This document shows, one piece after another, positions 43,756-53,265 of a stretch of 64,000 nucleotides of DNA. The position numbers and the translations under genes are program-made. Under the pieces are notes generated by a model. That model saw only the letters and a list, made by a program, of their open reading frames with translations. It had not been told where the DNA came from and did not search any database. The stretch's first letter is position 1, and each line of letters starts with the position of its first letter. This DNA comes from Escherichia phage slur16, in sequence record NC_028248.1; one strand, given 5' to 3'.

Positions 43756-43992
43756 ATGGCGAAAATTCGTAAATTATCCAACAATCAGGTTGTTAAAGAT
43801 TTTGAACCCGGGGAGATTCTGTATGTTCGTGATGCAGATGACGAAGGAGAAGATCTTGTTATGCTGCTAGGACACGCTGCTGAGGACGGATGCATCCAGG
43901 CTGTTTTTCTTGAAACAGCTATGGTGCACTGGATAGAGCTGGACATGAAAGCACGAAAACCTAAAGCAGAAATCCTGATTTACGAAGATTAA
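43756..43992 (+). CDS. hypothetical protein (78 aa)
   Basis: Track ORF. Confidence 0.45.
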   Translation: MAKIRKLSNNQVVKDFEPGEILYVRDADDEGEDLVMLLGHAAEDGCIQAVFLETAMVHWIELDMKARKPKAEILIYED

Positions 43993-44008
43993 CAAAAAGG
44001 AGAGAGCC

Positions 44009-44458
44009 GTGTTGAGCAAACGTGAATGCGACAGCATTAGCCTGAATTCTTATAAGAAACAATGGTTTGGGGTAGAAGTTTGCCGACTGCGGCTAGGCTC
44101 CTACCTGAACTTCGTTTATTACGAGAGCGACAGTCGTATCGTTTCTTATGAAGTGTTCTACACTAAGAACACATTCGAACTGCGCCGTAAAGTAGAGGGA
44201 GGGAGAACTACCACCCAGAATAATTGGGAAACTATTCTGCCTCCAGATGTTATAGGAAGTCCCCTGAATGTATCTGAAGATGAAAATCTTATGGTTCATG
44301 CTATGATGGGACTTGACAGCTTAGAGCTGGCGATCTATGATATGTCCATCGAAGCAGTTAAGCTGGACTACATCGAAAACACTTTAGAGGAAGGTATCAA
44401 GAAGTTTCTCAGTGAGAAATTAAAAGATCACTTTCATAAGGAGCTATACCTGTTATGA
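44009..44458 (+). CDS. hypothetical protein (149 aa)
   Basis: Track ORF; AAAGGAGAGAG upstream. Confidence 0.45.
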   Translation: MLSKRECDSISLNSYKKQWFGVEVCRLRLGSYLNFVYYESDSRIVSYEVFYTKNTFELRRKVEGGRTTTQNNWETILPPDVIGSPLNVSEDENLMVHAMMGLDSLELAIYDMSIEAVKLDYIENTLEEGIKKFLSEKLKDHFHKELYLL

Positions 44459-44700
44459 AGACCCGTAAAGAACGTAACAAAATTTTACCTGGGGCTCTCG
44501 AACACCTGATGAAGTGCAGATCTATTTGGCACTCTGCCAAGGAAGGGCAGAAGGTGGTTGTGGTTAGTGACAATACCAACCCGTTTGGAGATTATACCAC
44601 CATGATGGCCCCATATGTCCGTGATGGCGTTGTGGAAGTGGTCCCTTACAACGGTCTGCATGAACGTCACTTTGAAAGCACTTTGCTAGTGGAGCTATAG
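44455..44700 (+). CDS. hypothetical protein (81 aa)
   Basis: Track ORF; overlapping start/stop. Confidence 0.45.
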   Translation: MKTRKERNKILPGALEHLMKCRSIWHSAKEGQKVVVVSDNTNPFGDYTTMMAPYVRDGVVEVVPYNGLHERHFESTLLVEL

Positions 44701-44702
44701 TC

Positions 44703-45269
44703 ATGGCGGTCAATGTGGCTTACAACACAGGAAAGCTTGACAGAGACATTGGGTGTCTTGTCCTTTCAGATACAGAAGAGTATTGGGGTCATGGGTTGCT
44801 GTCAGACCCACACCCGAGCAACCTTGTATCAACAGTGCTATACCGCTACGACCCTGTGCCAACGGTACACGACAAAGACATTCACGACCTTCGGATCAAG
44901 TGTCTGGAAGATCTGCTGAACAATGGTTGCAACGATCTGCGGGTAGCCAAAGAGAAGCTTACAAACATTCACAAAGAGGAAGTGATGAGCACCATCAGTA
45001 AGAGATCAGTGCACAAAAAGATGATGCTGAACTTTGCAATGGGTATCTACATGGACGGGTATAAGGGGGGTGATCCGATTCTCAAGCTTCGCTGCCCAAC
45101 ACTGTGGGAAAGAGTGGTTGACAGTAAGGACGGCACTGCCCTGCTCGAACTCCACACCGCAGGTTGGATTTGGCGGTATGTAGACGGATACCCTCTGTGG
45201 GCATGTGGACCTGGGGAATTTGTTGACAGACCTAGCGCGGTAGTGGACTTGCTATTACAGTTTGAATAA
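44703..45269 (+). CDS. hypothetical protein (188 aa)
   Basis: Track ORF. Confidence 0.45.
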   Translation: MAVNVAYNTGKLDRDIGCLVLSDTEEYWGHGLLSDPHPSNLVSTVLYRYDPVPTVHDKDIHDLRIKCLEDLLNNGCNDLRVAKEKLTNIHKEEVMSTISKRSVHKKMMLNFAMGIYMDGYKGGDPILKLRCPTLWERVVDSKDGTALLELHTAGWIWRYVDGYPLWACGPGEFVDRPSAVVDLLLQFE

Positions 45270-45328
45270 AAGGTGAGTTATAAGGTATTCATGCACCTAC
45301 CAACAACAATACAACAGGAGAGACTGAG

Positions 45329-45604
45329 ATGACGAAAGAAGAGGCCGACGTATTAGATTTTGCACTAGAGGCTACGCAGGAGGCTTTGGTGTTAGCTTGG
45401 AAAATGAACCAGCGTGCTGCAGAATGCAACCGCCGCATCAATGAGATTCTGGGCATGTCTATGTATGATTTTACCATGCATGCCGGAGAGATTCCTGAAT
45501 TAACTGCAGAGATGAATGATCTTGACAATAAAATTAATATCATTCTGAAGACAGCAGAAACAACTCACCAAACCGCCCGTAAATTTATCAACGAGAAGGT
45601 GTGA
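45329..45604 (+). CDS. hypothetical protein (91 aa)
   Basis: Track ORF; AGGAGAGA upstream. Confidence 0.45.
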   Translation: MTKEEADVLDFALEATQEALVLAWKMNQRAAECNRRINEILGMSMYDFTMHAGEIPELTAEMNDLDNKINIILKTAETTHQTARKFINEKV

Positions 45605-46071
45605 ATATGGACTACAGCTACTGCGGGGAAGAAGTTCCTTTTAACTACAGCAATCTTACCACGAGCAATCCATATGAGACTCGCCACGGCACGCACATCA
45701 TCGCCATTGACTTTGATGGAACGTTTAATGCGAGCCCTTTCATCTTCTCCCGCCTGATCAGGGATCTGAAGAAAGAGGGGTGGACAGTCTACCTTGTGAC
45801 TTTCCGATTCATTACTCAAGACAATGTAGACATCGAGTATTGGCGCAAGGAGCTCAATGTTGGTGTGTTTTATACTGGTGGTGTTCAGAAGGCAGCCTAT
45901 CTGGCGCAGTTTGATATCTACCCAGATATCTGGATTGATGATTCTCCGGCATGTATTCCGGCTAAGAATCAGTTAGAGTTTGCAATGAAGGAGATCGAGT
46001 ATAAGTCTGAGGCTAAGCGGAACGGATGGCCCTTTATTATTGAAGATTACCCAGATCCTGAACCGGAGTAA
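45601..46071 (+). CDS. HAD-superfamily phosphatase-like protein
   Basis: IIAIDFDGTF (DxDxT motif I), LVTFR, WIDDS. Confidence 0.5.
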   Translation: MNMDYSYCGEEVPFNYSNLTTSNPYETRHGTHIIAIDFDGTFNASPFIFSRLIRDLKKEGWTVYLVTFRFITQDNVDIEYWRKELNVGVFYTGGVQKAAYLAQFDIYPDIWIDDSPACIPAKNQLEFAMKEIEYKSEAKRNGWPFIIEDYPDPEPE

Positions 46072-46076
46072 GAGCC

Positions 46077-46247
46077 ATGAGGCGAAGATATCATTACCTG
46101 ATGTGGAAGTTATATCAAAATGCTGCCAAAGCCTATCATACCATGTTTGGCAATGACGATCACTACATCATGCTACATCTCACCGCTATTGAGCATCACA
46201 ATGAGTGGATTCATGCAATCGTGGCAGGTGATAAAGACTTTAAGTAA
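46077..46247 (+). CDS. small hypothetical protein (56 aa)
   Basis: Found by eye: ATG at 46077 (MRRRYHYLMWKLYQNAAKAY…), TAA at 46245-46247. Confidence 0.3.
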   Translation: MRRRYHYLMWKLYQNAAKAYHTMFGNDDHYIMLHLTAIEHHNEWIHAIVAGDKDFK

Positions 46248-46374
46248 GATATGACTTAAAACGCAACAGGAGCCCCTGCAGCGCACTTAACTCACCGCAG
46301 GTATAAGATTGCATTGCTAGGTAGTTTTGTGCGTCATTTTTAGTTACATAGCTTTCTAGACGGAGACTGATTAA

Positions 46375-46755
46375 ATGTGCAAGTGTAAATCCTATAATTG
46401 GAAAGTGAAAGGTGCCAAGCATCCAAATGTTATCGTTGATGTGCCTAAAAAGCTCCGTGACGGCAAAAAACGTGTGTGCCTTGATAAGTGCATGGTTAAG
46501 CCTATTATGAGTCTATGGGCAGCAGGATTGAAAACTCTAAACTGCTGCTGTGGTCACAACAAAGATGTTCCAAGCATCATTATCCCAGAAGATGCAGACC
46601 CTAAAGCTTATGCCAAAATACTGACCCGCTACCCAAGCACCTTTCTGATCGGAAAATGGTGTCACGATGAACTTCAATGGTGGATAGCGTACGGTAGTGT
46701 AGGTGCTGCTTTTGGCTTCCCAGCTTTGTCAGAGCGCTACGTCAAAGCGTCATAA
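46375..46755 (+). CDS. hypothetical Cys-rich protein (126 aa)
   Basis: MCKCKSY…CLDKC…CCCGHN cysteine clusters. Confidence 0.45.
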   Translation: MCKCKSYNWKVKGAKHPNVIVDVPKKLRDGKKRVCLDKCMVKPIMSLWAAGLKTLNCCCGHNKDVPSIIIPEDADPKAYAKILTRYPSTFLIGKWCHDELQWWIAYGSVGAAFGFPALSERYVKAS

Positions 46756-46880
46756 TCTGTTTTAAGGCCTCAAACGAGGCCTGTGCCTTCATAAATTGCC
46801 CTACCTTATGTGATTACCCTCCTGAACAAAATACCTCCCCAAAATCGTTTAAAATTAAGCTTGACCCCAACATCAGATCT

Positions 46881-47327
46881 ATGTATGATTATCTCACCAA
46901 CCAAACAGGGGAGATCGTCATGGATAATCTTGCAAATGTGAACGTCGAAATTGTTAAACTAAAGTTTTTGGGATTTCGAGACCCTAATTCTTTAACAGCC
47001 ATACTAATGGATACCCACTTCACGCCAGGGAAAGAGTACACTGCCTTCCGTTATATTTGCGGAGATCACGAATCAGCTTACAGTGTGAATACAAACCTCG
47101 GCGAGGGATATTTCATCAGAGATATCACAGATCACTTGTGGGGTATGTGGGAGTTGGTGGAGGAAGAGAATAAATCCCTTCCTAAAGAGATTTGGGTGCA
47201 CACCTTCCACACAGGTAAGTTTGGAGGTACGGAACATAAGTCTATCCACTATGATGAAGAAAGTGCCATCAAACAACAAGCTGTGCTTGGTGGATCTATA
47301 GAAAAATTTGTTAAATGCGAGGACTGA
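46881..47327 (+). CDS. hypothetical protein (148 aa)
   Basis: Track ORF. Confidence 0.45.
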   Translation: MYDYLTNQTGEIVMDNLANVNVEIVKLKFLGFRDPNSLTAILMDTHFTPGKEYTAFRYICGDHESAYSVNTNLGEGYFIRDITDHLWGMWELVEEENKSLPKEIWVHTFHTGKFGGTEHKSIHYDEESAIKQQAVLGGSIEKFVKCED

Positions 47328-47330
47328 GAA

Positions 47331-47531
47331 ATGGCTGATTTTTGTAAAGATTGCTCTGAAGAGTTGTTTGGCTTTGACTGCAAAGATTTGGAAGGTCTGA
47401 TCACTGAGGATCAGTGGAAGGAAGGCTATGCAGCACCTGTTATTTGTGAAGGTTGTGGCTATACCTATGTTGACCATAAAGGTAAGCGCGTCAAGCCGTC
47501 TGAAGATGGGGCATGTTGGGAGTATTACTAA
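47331..47531 (+). CDS. hypothetical zinc-ribbon protein (66 aa)
   Basis: CKDCS…CEGCG cysteine pairs. Confidence 0.45.
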   Translation: MADFCKDCSEELFGFDCKDLEGLITEDQWKEGYAAPVICEGCGYTYVDHKGKRVKPSEDGACWEYY

Positions 47532-47540
47532 CTATAAAAA

Positions 47541-47566
47541 GAAAGGGGCCGTTTGGCCCCTTTTTA
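47541..47566. terminator. bidirectional intrinsic terminator between convergent units
   Basis: aaaGGGGCCgtttGGCCCCttttt, A-run and T-run on either side. Confidence 0.6.
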
Positions 47567-47578
47567 TTTACCCCCTTG

Positions 47579-50500
47579 TTAACGAGAAAAGGTTGCGTAG
47601 GCTTCTAGACGATACTGCTGGTCACCAGGGAACATAACACCTATAGAGGCTGTCCCTAGAATCCTGCCTTCCTTTCCAGACTCCATTCTGAACCCTACCC
47701 ATCCTGAACTCCTTGCAGCCTCGATGTTGTCGCTATACCCGAAAGTGGCAAGATCGTCAACACCAGCCCCAAACAGCAACTGAAGCTGACTTCTCGGAAG
47801 CCCTATAATTTCAGGAATATACGCACCAAAGTACACCATCTGCCCTACCTTAGGACCGCTGCCGTACTCCATCGGTTTGCTTGTAGAGAAAGTCTTCATA
47901 CCAGAAGTACCTGCCGGATTAGGGTATGCCCCGTTTGTTGCTGTACCTATCCACATTCTCCACTGTGGTGCCATCTGTTTGACAGTAAAAGATGTTGAAG
48001 ACGTTTTGCGCCCTGCATCATCTGTAACTACAAACTTTATGGTGACATTCCCAGTAGCTTTAAATGTTACCAGTCCTGTGGTGGCATCCACTGTTGCAAT
48101 GTTGGTATTACTACTTTCCCAAGTCTTTCTAATCCCGGATACGTTGGAAGGGGTAATAGAAGGTTCCTGCATCTGCAGTTTACCACCCACAATCCCTATG
48201 CCGTTGCCCGGATTATACAGCACACCAACCTCGTCTATAATGTTCCCTGCTTTGAGACTATACTTCCTTGAGAAGTTGTAGGTTCCGTTATAAGTGTGTG
48301 TCCCTGAGAAGGTGACATCTGCCTTCCCGTAAGAGATGCAAACCAAAGCATACTTCCTGTCAGGCAACGTTTCTCCAGTCTCTGGGTGAGTTTTACCTAC
48401 CTGGAACACACTCGGGTCAGTAGAGTCGTGACTATCACTAACGGAGCTTGGACCGCCCATCAACTGTGACAAACAATTCCTTACCCATGTCCAGTTATTA
48501 TCGCTGGAGAAGTCCACAGTCAAATCAAACACAACCCACTCATTTGGCTTCCACACAGGTGTTGTAATGGACTTGCCTACACCACCTCCTTGGAGTGTTG
48601 CCGACTGTTCAGTGATCAGGGCCGCATAGGCCAGAGTTCCTAAACTCAAAGTCTGGCTTGCTGTCCTCACTACCTTAGAATCAGCATCTGTGAAGTTGTT
48701 GATGATCTGGAATGTGCCATAAGTGTTTTTACAGGTAATTCTGGCGTTCAGCGTGTCAATCTTCCTCACATCTGCCATAGCAGTGTTAGACACAGAGAAG
48801 TCAGAAGCTTTAGCTGAGTTTGCCGCAACAGCAGGATCAACGTTAAGAGTTGCGTTGAACTGACAGGCAGGGGTAACCAGCAGCTTGTTATCACCTATTT
48901 GCTTCCATGAAATACTTTGGACAGGTAGATTCCATTTAATGCCTGAGAAAACTTTAGCAACCCGTGGCCCCAAAGCTCCAGTCCTGTTGTCTTTACAGCA
49001 CATAGACATGGTGATCGTTGACGGAGTTGCCTGACCAAATAATTGCTGTGCTTTTGCAGAGGACATAGTGTAGAAATTGTCCTTAACAAACTCATCAGCA
49101 GCTAAAGATCCATCAGCTCTCCACCACTGAACCTGGTACCCTGTTTTGTCCCAACCACCGACCTGCTTCAAGTCCTCCCAGGAGATTTCTAGATCCCCAG
49201 TGGTAGGGTTGATTGCAGCAGTTCCCGGTGTTCCGGGTGACCACAATGGAATATCGAACCACGCTGGTTTAACCGACTGCACTGCGCTGGGACCTATTGC
49301 GGCAGCAAGTTGCTGGCCCATCAATACGCGAGCATCTTTCACCAGACCCCACTCGATCATAGACCCAGAGTAACCTTCTTTCTTGTAGGCTGAGGATCCG
49401 TTCAAATGGATGAGTCGGCTTGTGCCAAAGTTATGTGCTCCACCACCGTTGTCGTCTGCAAAATTGGTTATGATTCTATCCCTGATATTTTTCCATGCCC
49501 TGCCCCCAATCTCATAGTCATGGTCATAACATCTTTGCAGTGTTGTCCAGCAAATGATCGCCATCCTTCTACCATCGCTGAATCCAAAGGCCTGATCGTT
49601 AAGCTCTCTCCACAAGTAGCAGTTAGTGGTCCACATGGCCCTATGAATGTTAAACCAGTTTATAGATTTGGCTGAGTTGTCCCACTGAGTCCCAGGTAAT
49701 TCAGGCCATACTGCATTAACCAGCATGTCTTCTGTTCCTGCATCAACCAAGAACCCTCTTACCTTCTTACCCATGCCTACCCTATCTTTTGCAATCCAAC
49801 TGCCAAACAATCTCAGTTTTGGACCATAGACAACATCTTCCGGATGCTCAAAAGAAATATATTTTAGGTATATTGTAGGGTCACCATAGGTGCCATCACA
49901 AACAGCTTTGTGCATGTTCTCGCCAAGGTCTAGACGAAGTCCTGTTACAACTTTAGATGTGTCGGTGAATTTGTCTGTTAAATCAAACTCATACCACCAC
50001 CAACCTGCACCCAACAATACTTTCTTACAACGCTGTGCATCTGTATCAGATATTCTCTTATCACCTGCAAAAGGCGAGTCAGCAAACTGATAGTGCAGAG
50101 CAATCTCAAAAGGATGTGTGGATGTCCCGTTTTCTGCAAGAACTTGTTTACCTATTAAGTCGCACTTAATGATCATCACAACACGTTTGTACCCGTTTGT
50201 TACCGGAATTTGCATAGACATGGATGTCCCGTCCATGTTTGATCTCAGTGCAGTCATGATGATATAAGGGTCAACGGCATTGCCCAGAGTCTCAGGACCG
50301 GGGATTATCTTATACTTCTTGACCTGCCCCATGATGTAGTCACTGGCGTAAGTTGCCTCATTCAAGCAAGATCCTCCACCAGGTAACTCACCAGGTCCCC
50401 AGAAAAATGCGCCGTAACAGTTGTAGAACCACTTGTTAGGATCGTATTTATTCTTGAAGGTCTGAACCTCGTTGGCCTGTTTTGTCAAGAAAACCTGCGT

Positions 50501-53215
50501 ATCTGTGAAGATTGCAGGGTTTACTCTCGCCTGACGTGGAGGGTATCCTGTTGATTGGTTAAACCACTGATTACAAGAGTAATCCCTCATATAGTCATAA
50601 TCAGAGTATTTGTTTGCATCCTCGTTCCAACACATGTTCAGGTTGGTACCACCCATGCATACAATATATTCTGCGACATACTTATCACTTCTGGTAGGAA
50701 TACCTATGAACCATCTGTTAACAGGTTCATCCCAAGCTGTGCGCTCATCTTTAACGCAGATAGCAATCCAGTCATGTGTTCCTGTTTTCTTGCACACATC
50801 TCGCTTCATACCATAGTAGAACTCTTTAGTATTCGGCTCAGGTGCATTTATCAGGTAACTCCATGCCTGATTTGCATAAGTTCCATTGGTGCGTGGATCA
50901 TGATCAAAGGCATACATGATGATCCTTTCCCCACCAAGATGTTCGCCAAGAGTAACTTTGACATTCACATCGCCGTAACCATTGCGAACAACATCCATAT
51001 TATCAATAGAGATACCTCTGGGCGTGTAGGCAATTTTCAGCGAGTTATCTTCACTAGTGCCGCCAAGTGTAATCCCTATGTTGTTTGTTGTCCCGTCGAC
51101 ATATCTTACTGTAGCTTCCCAACGTATTCCGAAATATCCTGCATCATGGCTGACAATTTTCAGTGTACGAGCCCCAGAGTTAGGTTTTCCAGGATCAGGC
51201 CAAGGATCTGGATGTTCATGGACAGTCAACGATGTTCCGTTTTGCTCGTTGACCTGCAACATTTTACCGCCTCTGCCGTTAGGGTTGAACTCCCACAAGG
51301 CTTGTGTTTTCACAACATTGTCATACGTGGTACGTCTCTGATCGTAGATCTCTTGAGTCACATCGTAGGTTACAGACCCGGCATCCATTCTATGGAGTCG
51401 TACCATATACGATGTATCGCCTTCTACAACAGGTTGAGCTGCGTTAAGCCCGAAGTATACAGTATCGTTGACATGGAACTGTTTGTTTCTACCGACAGTA
51501 TGCCACTTGCCGTTGGACGGATACGCAGGAACTATGGTGTTCCAGTTCAAAGTTCTTGTCGTATGGGTTCTGCCTGTGCCATGCTTGTCATGATAGGTTA
51601 TTTTTACAGAGTACAGGCCACGTCTGTTAACATTTCTGTTATACTGGGTAACAACAACTTCGTTGGCCCCACCGTGGTTCCAGTTGGTGGAGAATTGGTA
51701 ATTTGCATCTGTAACAACCGTACCTGCAGCATTTACCAACTCAATCTTGTCAATAATGAACGTAGCCCCCTCTGGCTGAGGCTTCAATTTCATCTTGACC
51801 GTGTCACCAATGTAGATATTGCTAACACTACTAACACCATTAACGTCGAAAATATCATCAACGCCCCAACTGTCTACTGGGACATTTTTATACCAATTCT
51901 CAGGAACCTCTGTGAACCCCTGACTATTAAGTCTGCCGCCAAACAGGTTATTAGAGCCTGCAAAACTTCCCCTTGGGATGCCTGACCACCAAAGTTTGCC
52001 ATTAACAACAGTAAAGGTCCCTAAGAAACCTTCTCTGTGGATACCCTGGAAATAAACACTTTCTGTCCAGCTTACTGGCATCCGTTGCTCGACGTATTTA
52101 GCCGTAGCCAGAGCCTGATAGTGAATAAAATTAGCCCTAGGACTGTTGTTTGCAGATTGTGCACCAATATCATTGCACAGATTGCGAGAGAAGCCACGAT
52201 ACTGTTTGGTGCCATTATTGAAGAAAATGCCACTTGTGCCGTATCCACGAGCCATTATCACCTCATGGGTGTAGGTGATATTTAAGGAACGCCATGTGTC
52301 ATCTCCCCAGACGTCTTGCCCGTAGAATACGTTAACAAGCTGTTGGTCATCAGGTTTGTGCATCCTTTCTGTGGCTATAATTGCACCATTAGGTCCACAC
52401 ATAAACCCTTTCCACTCCTCATCTGCAGGAATGCCCCTCAAATCGTTACGAGTAATCTGCACAGGAGGCCAAACAAGGTCGTTTCTACTGTTATTTCTCA
52501 GAAAGTCGTATCCAGCAATCCAGAAACCTCTAGGACCACCGAAAATAACAGAGTTGTCATGCACCTCGCAGTTGATGCTTGGGTTTTTCCAAGGACCTGT
52601 TTCAGGATTTTCCGATGTCTCACCAATCTTTACAGGGGTTGCATGCTGATTTTTGTCAACATGAAGAGAGCCGTAAGTATTATTGCCAGAGCCGTACAGG
52701 TGAAGCATACCATCAGCCTCTGGTGCAGCAATTACCCACACTGTATTGTTTACGCCACCCATTACTTCAACAAGTCTCTCAGGATGGGTGTCCAAATGCA
52801 ACCCTGTTACGATCTGTTCCGGCAAAGGTGTCCACTCTCTGACACAAACATCGTTTCCACCTGCTGCCTCCGATCCGATAAGACCAGCTGTGCAACCAAT
52901 ATAGAAAAATTTATTATCGAATGTGCGGATTACAAATGCACGGTCAGCTCTCCAAACATGGTCTACGTTCCAAGCTGCCTCATTAGGATAGTTTATTGTA
53001 TCAAGATCTCCAGTCCGACACTCTCCGAACCTATTATAGCCAGTAATATTAAGCTGACCATCATCAAAAAGTATAGCTAAGCTATTTACATAGGATACTG
53101 TGTTGCTTGTACCATCACTGTTGTCTATTGGGTATGACAGAACAGCAAGTTCCTTAATTCCACCCCTCTTATCGAGGAAATGACGACCAAGTTTTAGCAA
53201 AGGGATTGGAAGCAT
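47579..53215 (-). CDS. large tail fibre protein (1878 aa) with Ig-like segment
   Basis: Size and position at the end of the structural unit; segment TWESSNTNIATVDATTGLVTFKATGNVTIKFVVTDDAG resembles a bacterial Ig-like (BIG2) domain. Confidence 0.65.
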   Translation of the reverse strand: MLPIPLLKLGRHFLDKRGGIKELAVLSYPIDNSDGTSNTVSYVNSLAILFDDGQLNITGYNRFGECRTGDLDTINYPNEAAWNVDHVWRADRAFVIRTFDNKFFYIGCTAGLIGSEAAGGNDVCVREWTPLPEQIVTGLHLDTHPERLVEVMGGVNNTVWVIAAPEADGMLHLYGSGNNTYGSLHVDKNQHATPVKIGETSENPETGPWKNPSINCEVHDNSVIFGGPRGFWIAGYDFLRNNSRNDLVWPPVQITRNDLRGIPADEEWKGFMCGPNGAIIATERMHKPDDQQLVNVFYGQDVWGDDTWRSLNITYTHEVIMARGYGTSGIFFNNGTKQYRGFSRNLCNDIGAQSANNSPRANFIHYQALATAKYVEQRMPVSWTESVYFQGIHREGFLGTFTVVNGKLWWSGIPRGSFAGSNNLFGGRLNSQGFTEVPENWYKNVPVDSWGVDDIFDVNGVSSVSNIYIGDTVKMKLKPQPEGATFIIDKIELVNAAGTVVTDANYQFSTNWNHGGANEVVVTQYNRNVNRRGLYSVKITYHDKHGTGRTHTTRTLNWNTIVPAYPSNGKWHTVGRNKQFHVNDTVYFGLNAAQPVVEGDTSYMVRLHRMDAGSVTYDVTQEIYDQRRTTYDNVVKTQALWEFNPNGRGGKMLQVNEQNGTSLTVHEHPDPWPDPGKPNSGARTLKIVSHDAGYFGIRWEATVRYVDGTTNNIGITLGGTSEDNSLKIAYTPRGISIDNMDVVRNGYGDVNVKVTLGEHLGGERIIMYAFDHDPRTNGTYANQAWSYLINAPEPNTKEFYYGMKRDVCKKTGTHDWIAICVKDERTAWDEPVNRWFIGIPTRSDKYVAEYIVCMGGTNLNMCWNEDANKYSDYDYMRDYSCNQWFNQSTGYPPRQARVNPAIFTDTQVFLTKQANEVQTFKNKYDPNKWFYNCYGAFFWGPGELPGGGSCLNEATYASDYIMGQVKKYKIIPGPETLGNAVDPYIIMTALRSNMDGTSMSMQIPVTNGYKRVVMIIKCDLIGKQVLAENGTSTHPFEIALHYQFADSPFAGDKRISDTDAQRCKKVLLGAGWWWYEFDLTDKFTDTSKVVTGLRLDLGENMHKAVCDGTYGDPTIYLKYISFEHPEDVVYGPKLRLFGSWIAKDRVGMGKKVRGFLVDAGTEDMLVNAVWPELPGTQWDNSAKSINWFNIHRAMWTTNCYLWRELNDQAFGFSDGRRMAIICWTTLQRCYDHDYEIGGRAWKNIRDRIITNFADDNGGGAHNFGTSRLIHLNGSSAYKKEGYSGSMIEWGLVKDARVLMGQQLAAAIGPSAVQSVKPAWFDIPLWSPGTPGTAAINPTTGDLEISWEDLKQVGGWDKTGYQVQWWRADGSLAADEFVKDNFYTMSSAKAQQLFGQATPSTITMSMCCKDNRTGALGPRVAKVFSGIKWNLPVQSISWKQIGDNKLLVTPACQFNATLNVDPAVAANSAKASDFSVSNTAMADVRKIDTLNARITCKNTYGTFQIINNFTDADSKVVRTASQTLSLGTLAYAALITEQSATLQGGGVGKSITTPVWKPNEWVVFDLTVDFSSDNNWTWVRNCLSQLMGGPSSVSDSHDSTDPSVFQVGKTHPETGETLPDRKYALVCISYGKADVTFSGTHTYNGTYNFSRKYSLKAGNIIDEVGVLYNPGNGIGIVGGKLQMQEPSITPSNVSGIRKTWESSNTNIATVDATTGLVTFKATGNVTIKFVVTDDAGRKTSSTSFTVKQMAPQWRMWIGTATNGAYPNPAGTSGMKTFSTSKPMEYGSGPKVGQMVYFGAYIPEIIGLPRSQLQLLFGAGVDDLATFGYSDNIEAARSSGWVGFRMESGKEGRILGTASIGVMFPGDQQYRLEAYATFSR

Positions 53216-53265
53216 TGTGTTCTCCAGATAAGAAAACCGCCCCGTCAGGAGCGGTTAGATATATA

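Noticed and set aside
50555-53080. Long plus-strand ORFs 50555..51985 (476 aa) and 52316..53080 (254 aa)
   Set aside because: Fully antisense to the 1878-aa fibre gene, with Cys/Ile/Phe-rich composition and no RBS; shadow ORFs.
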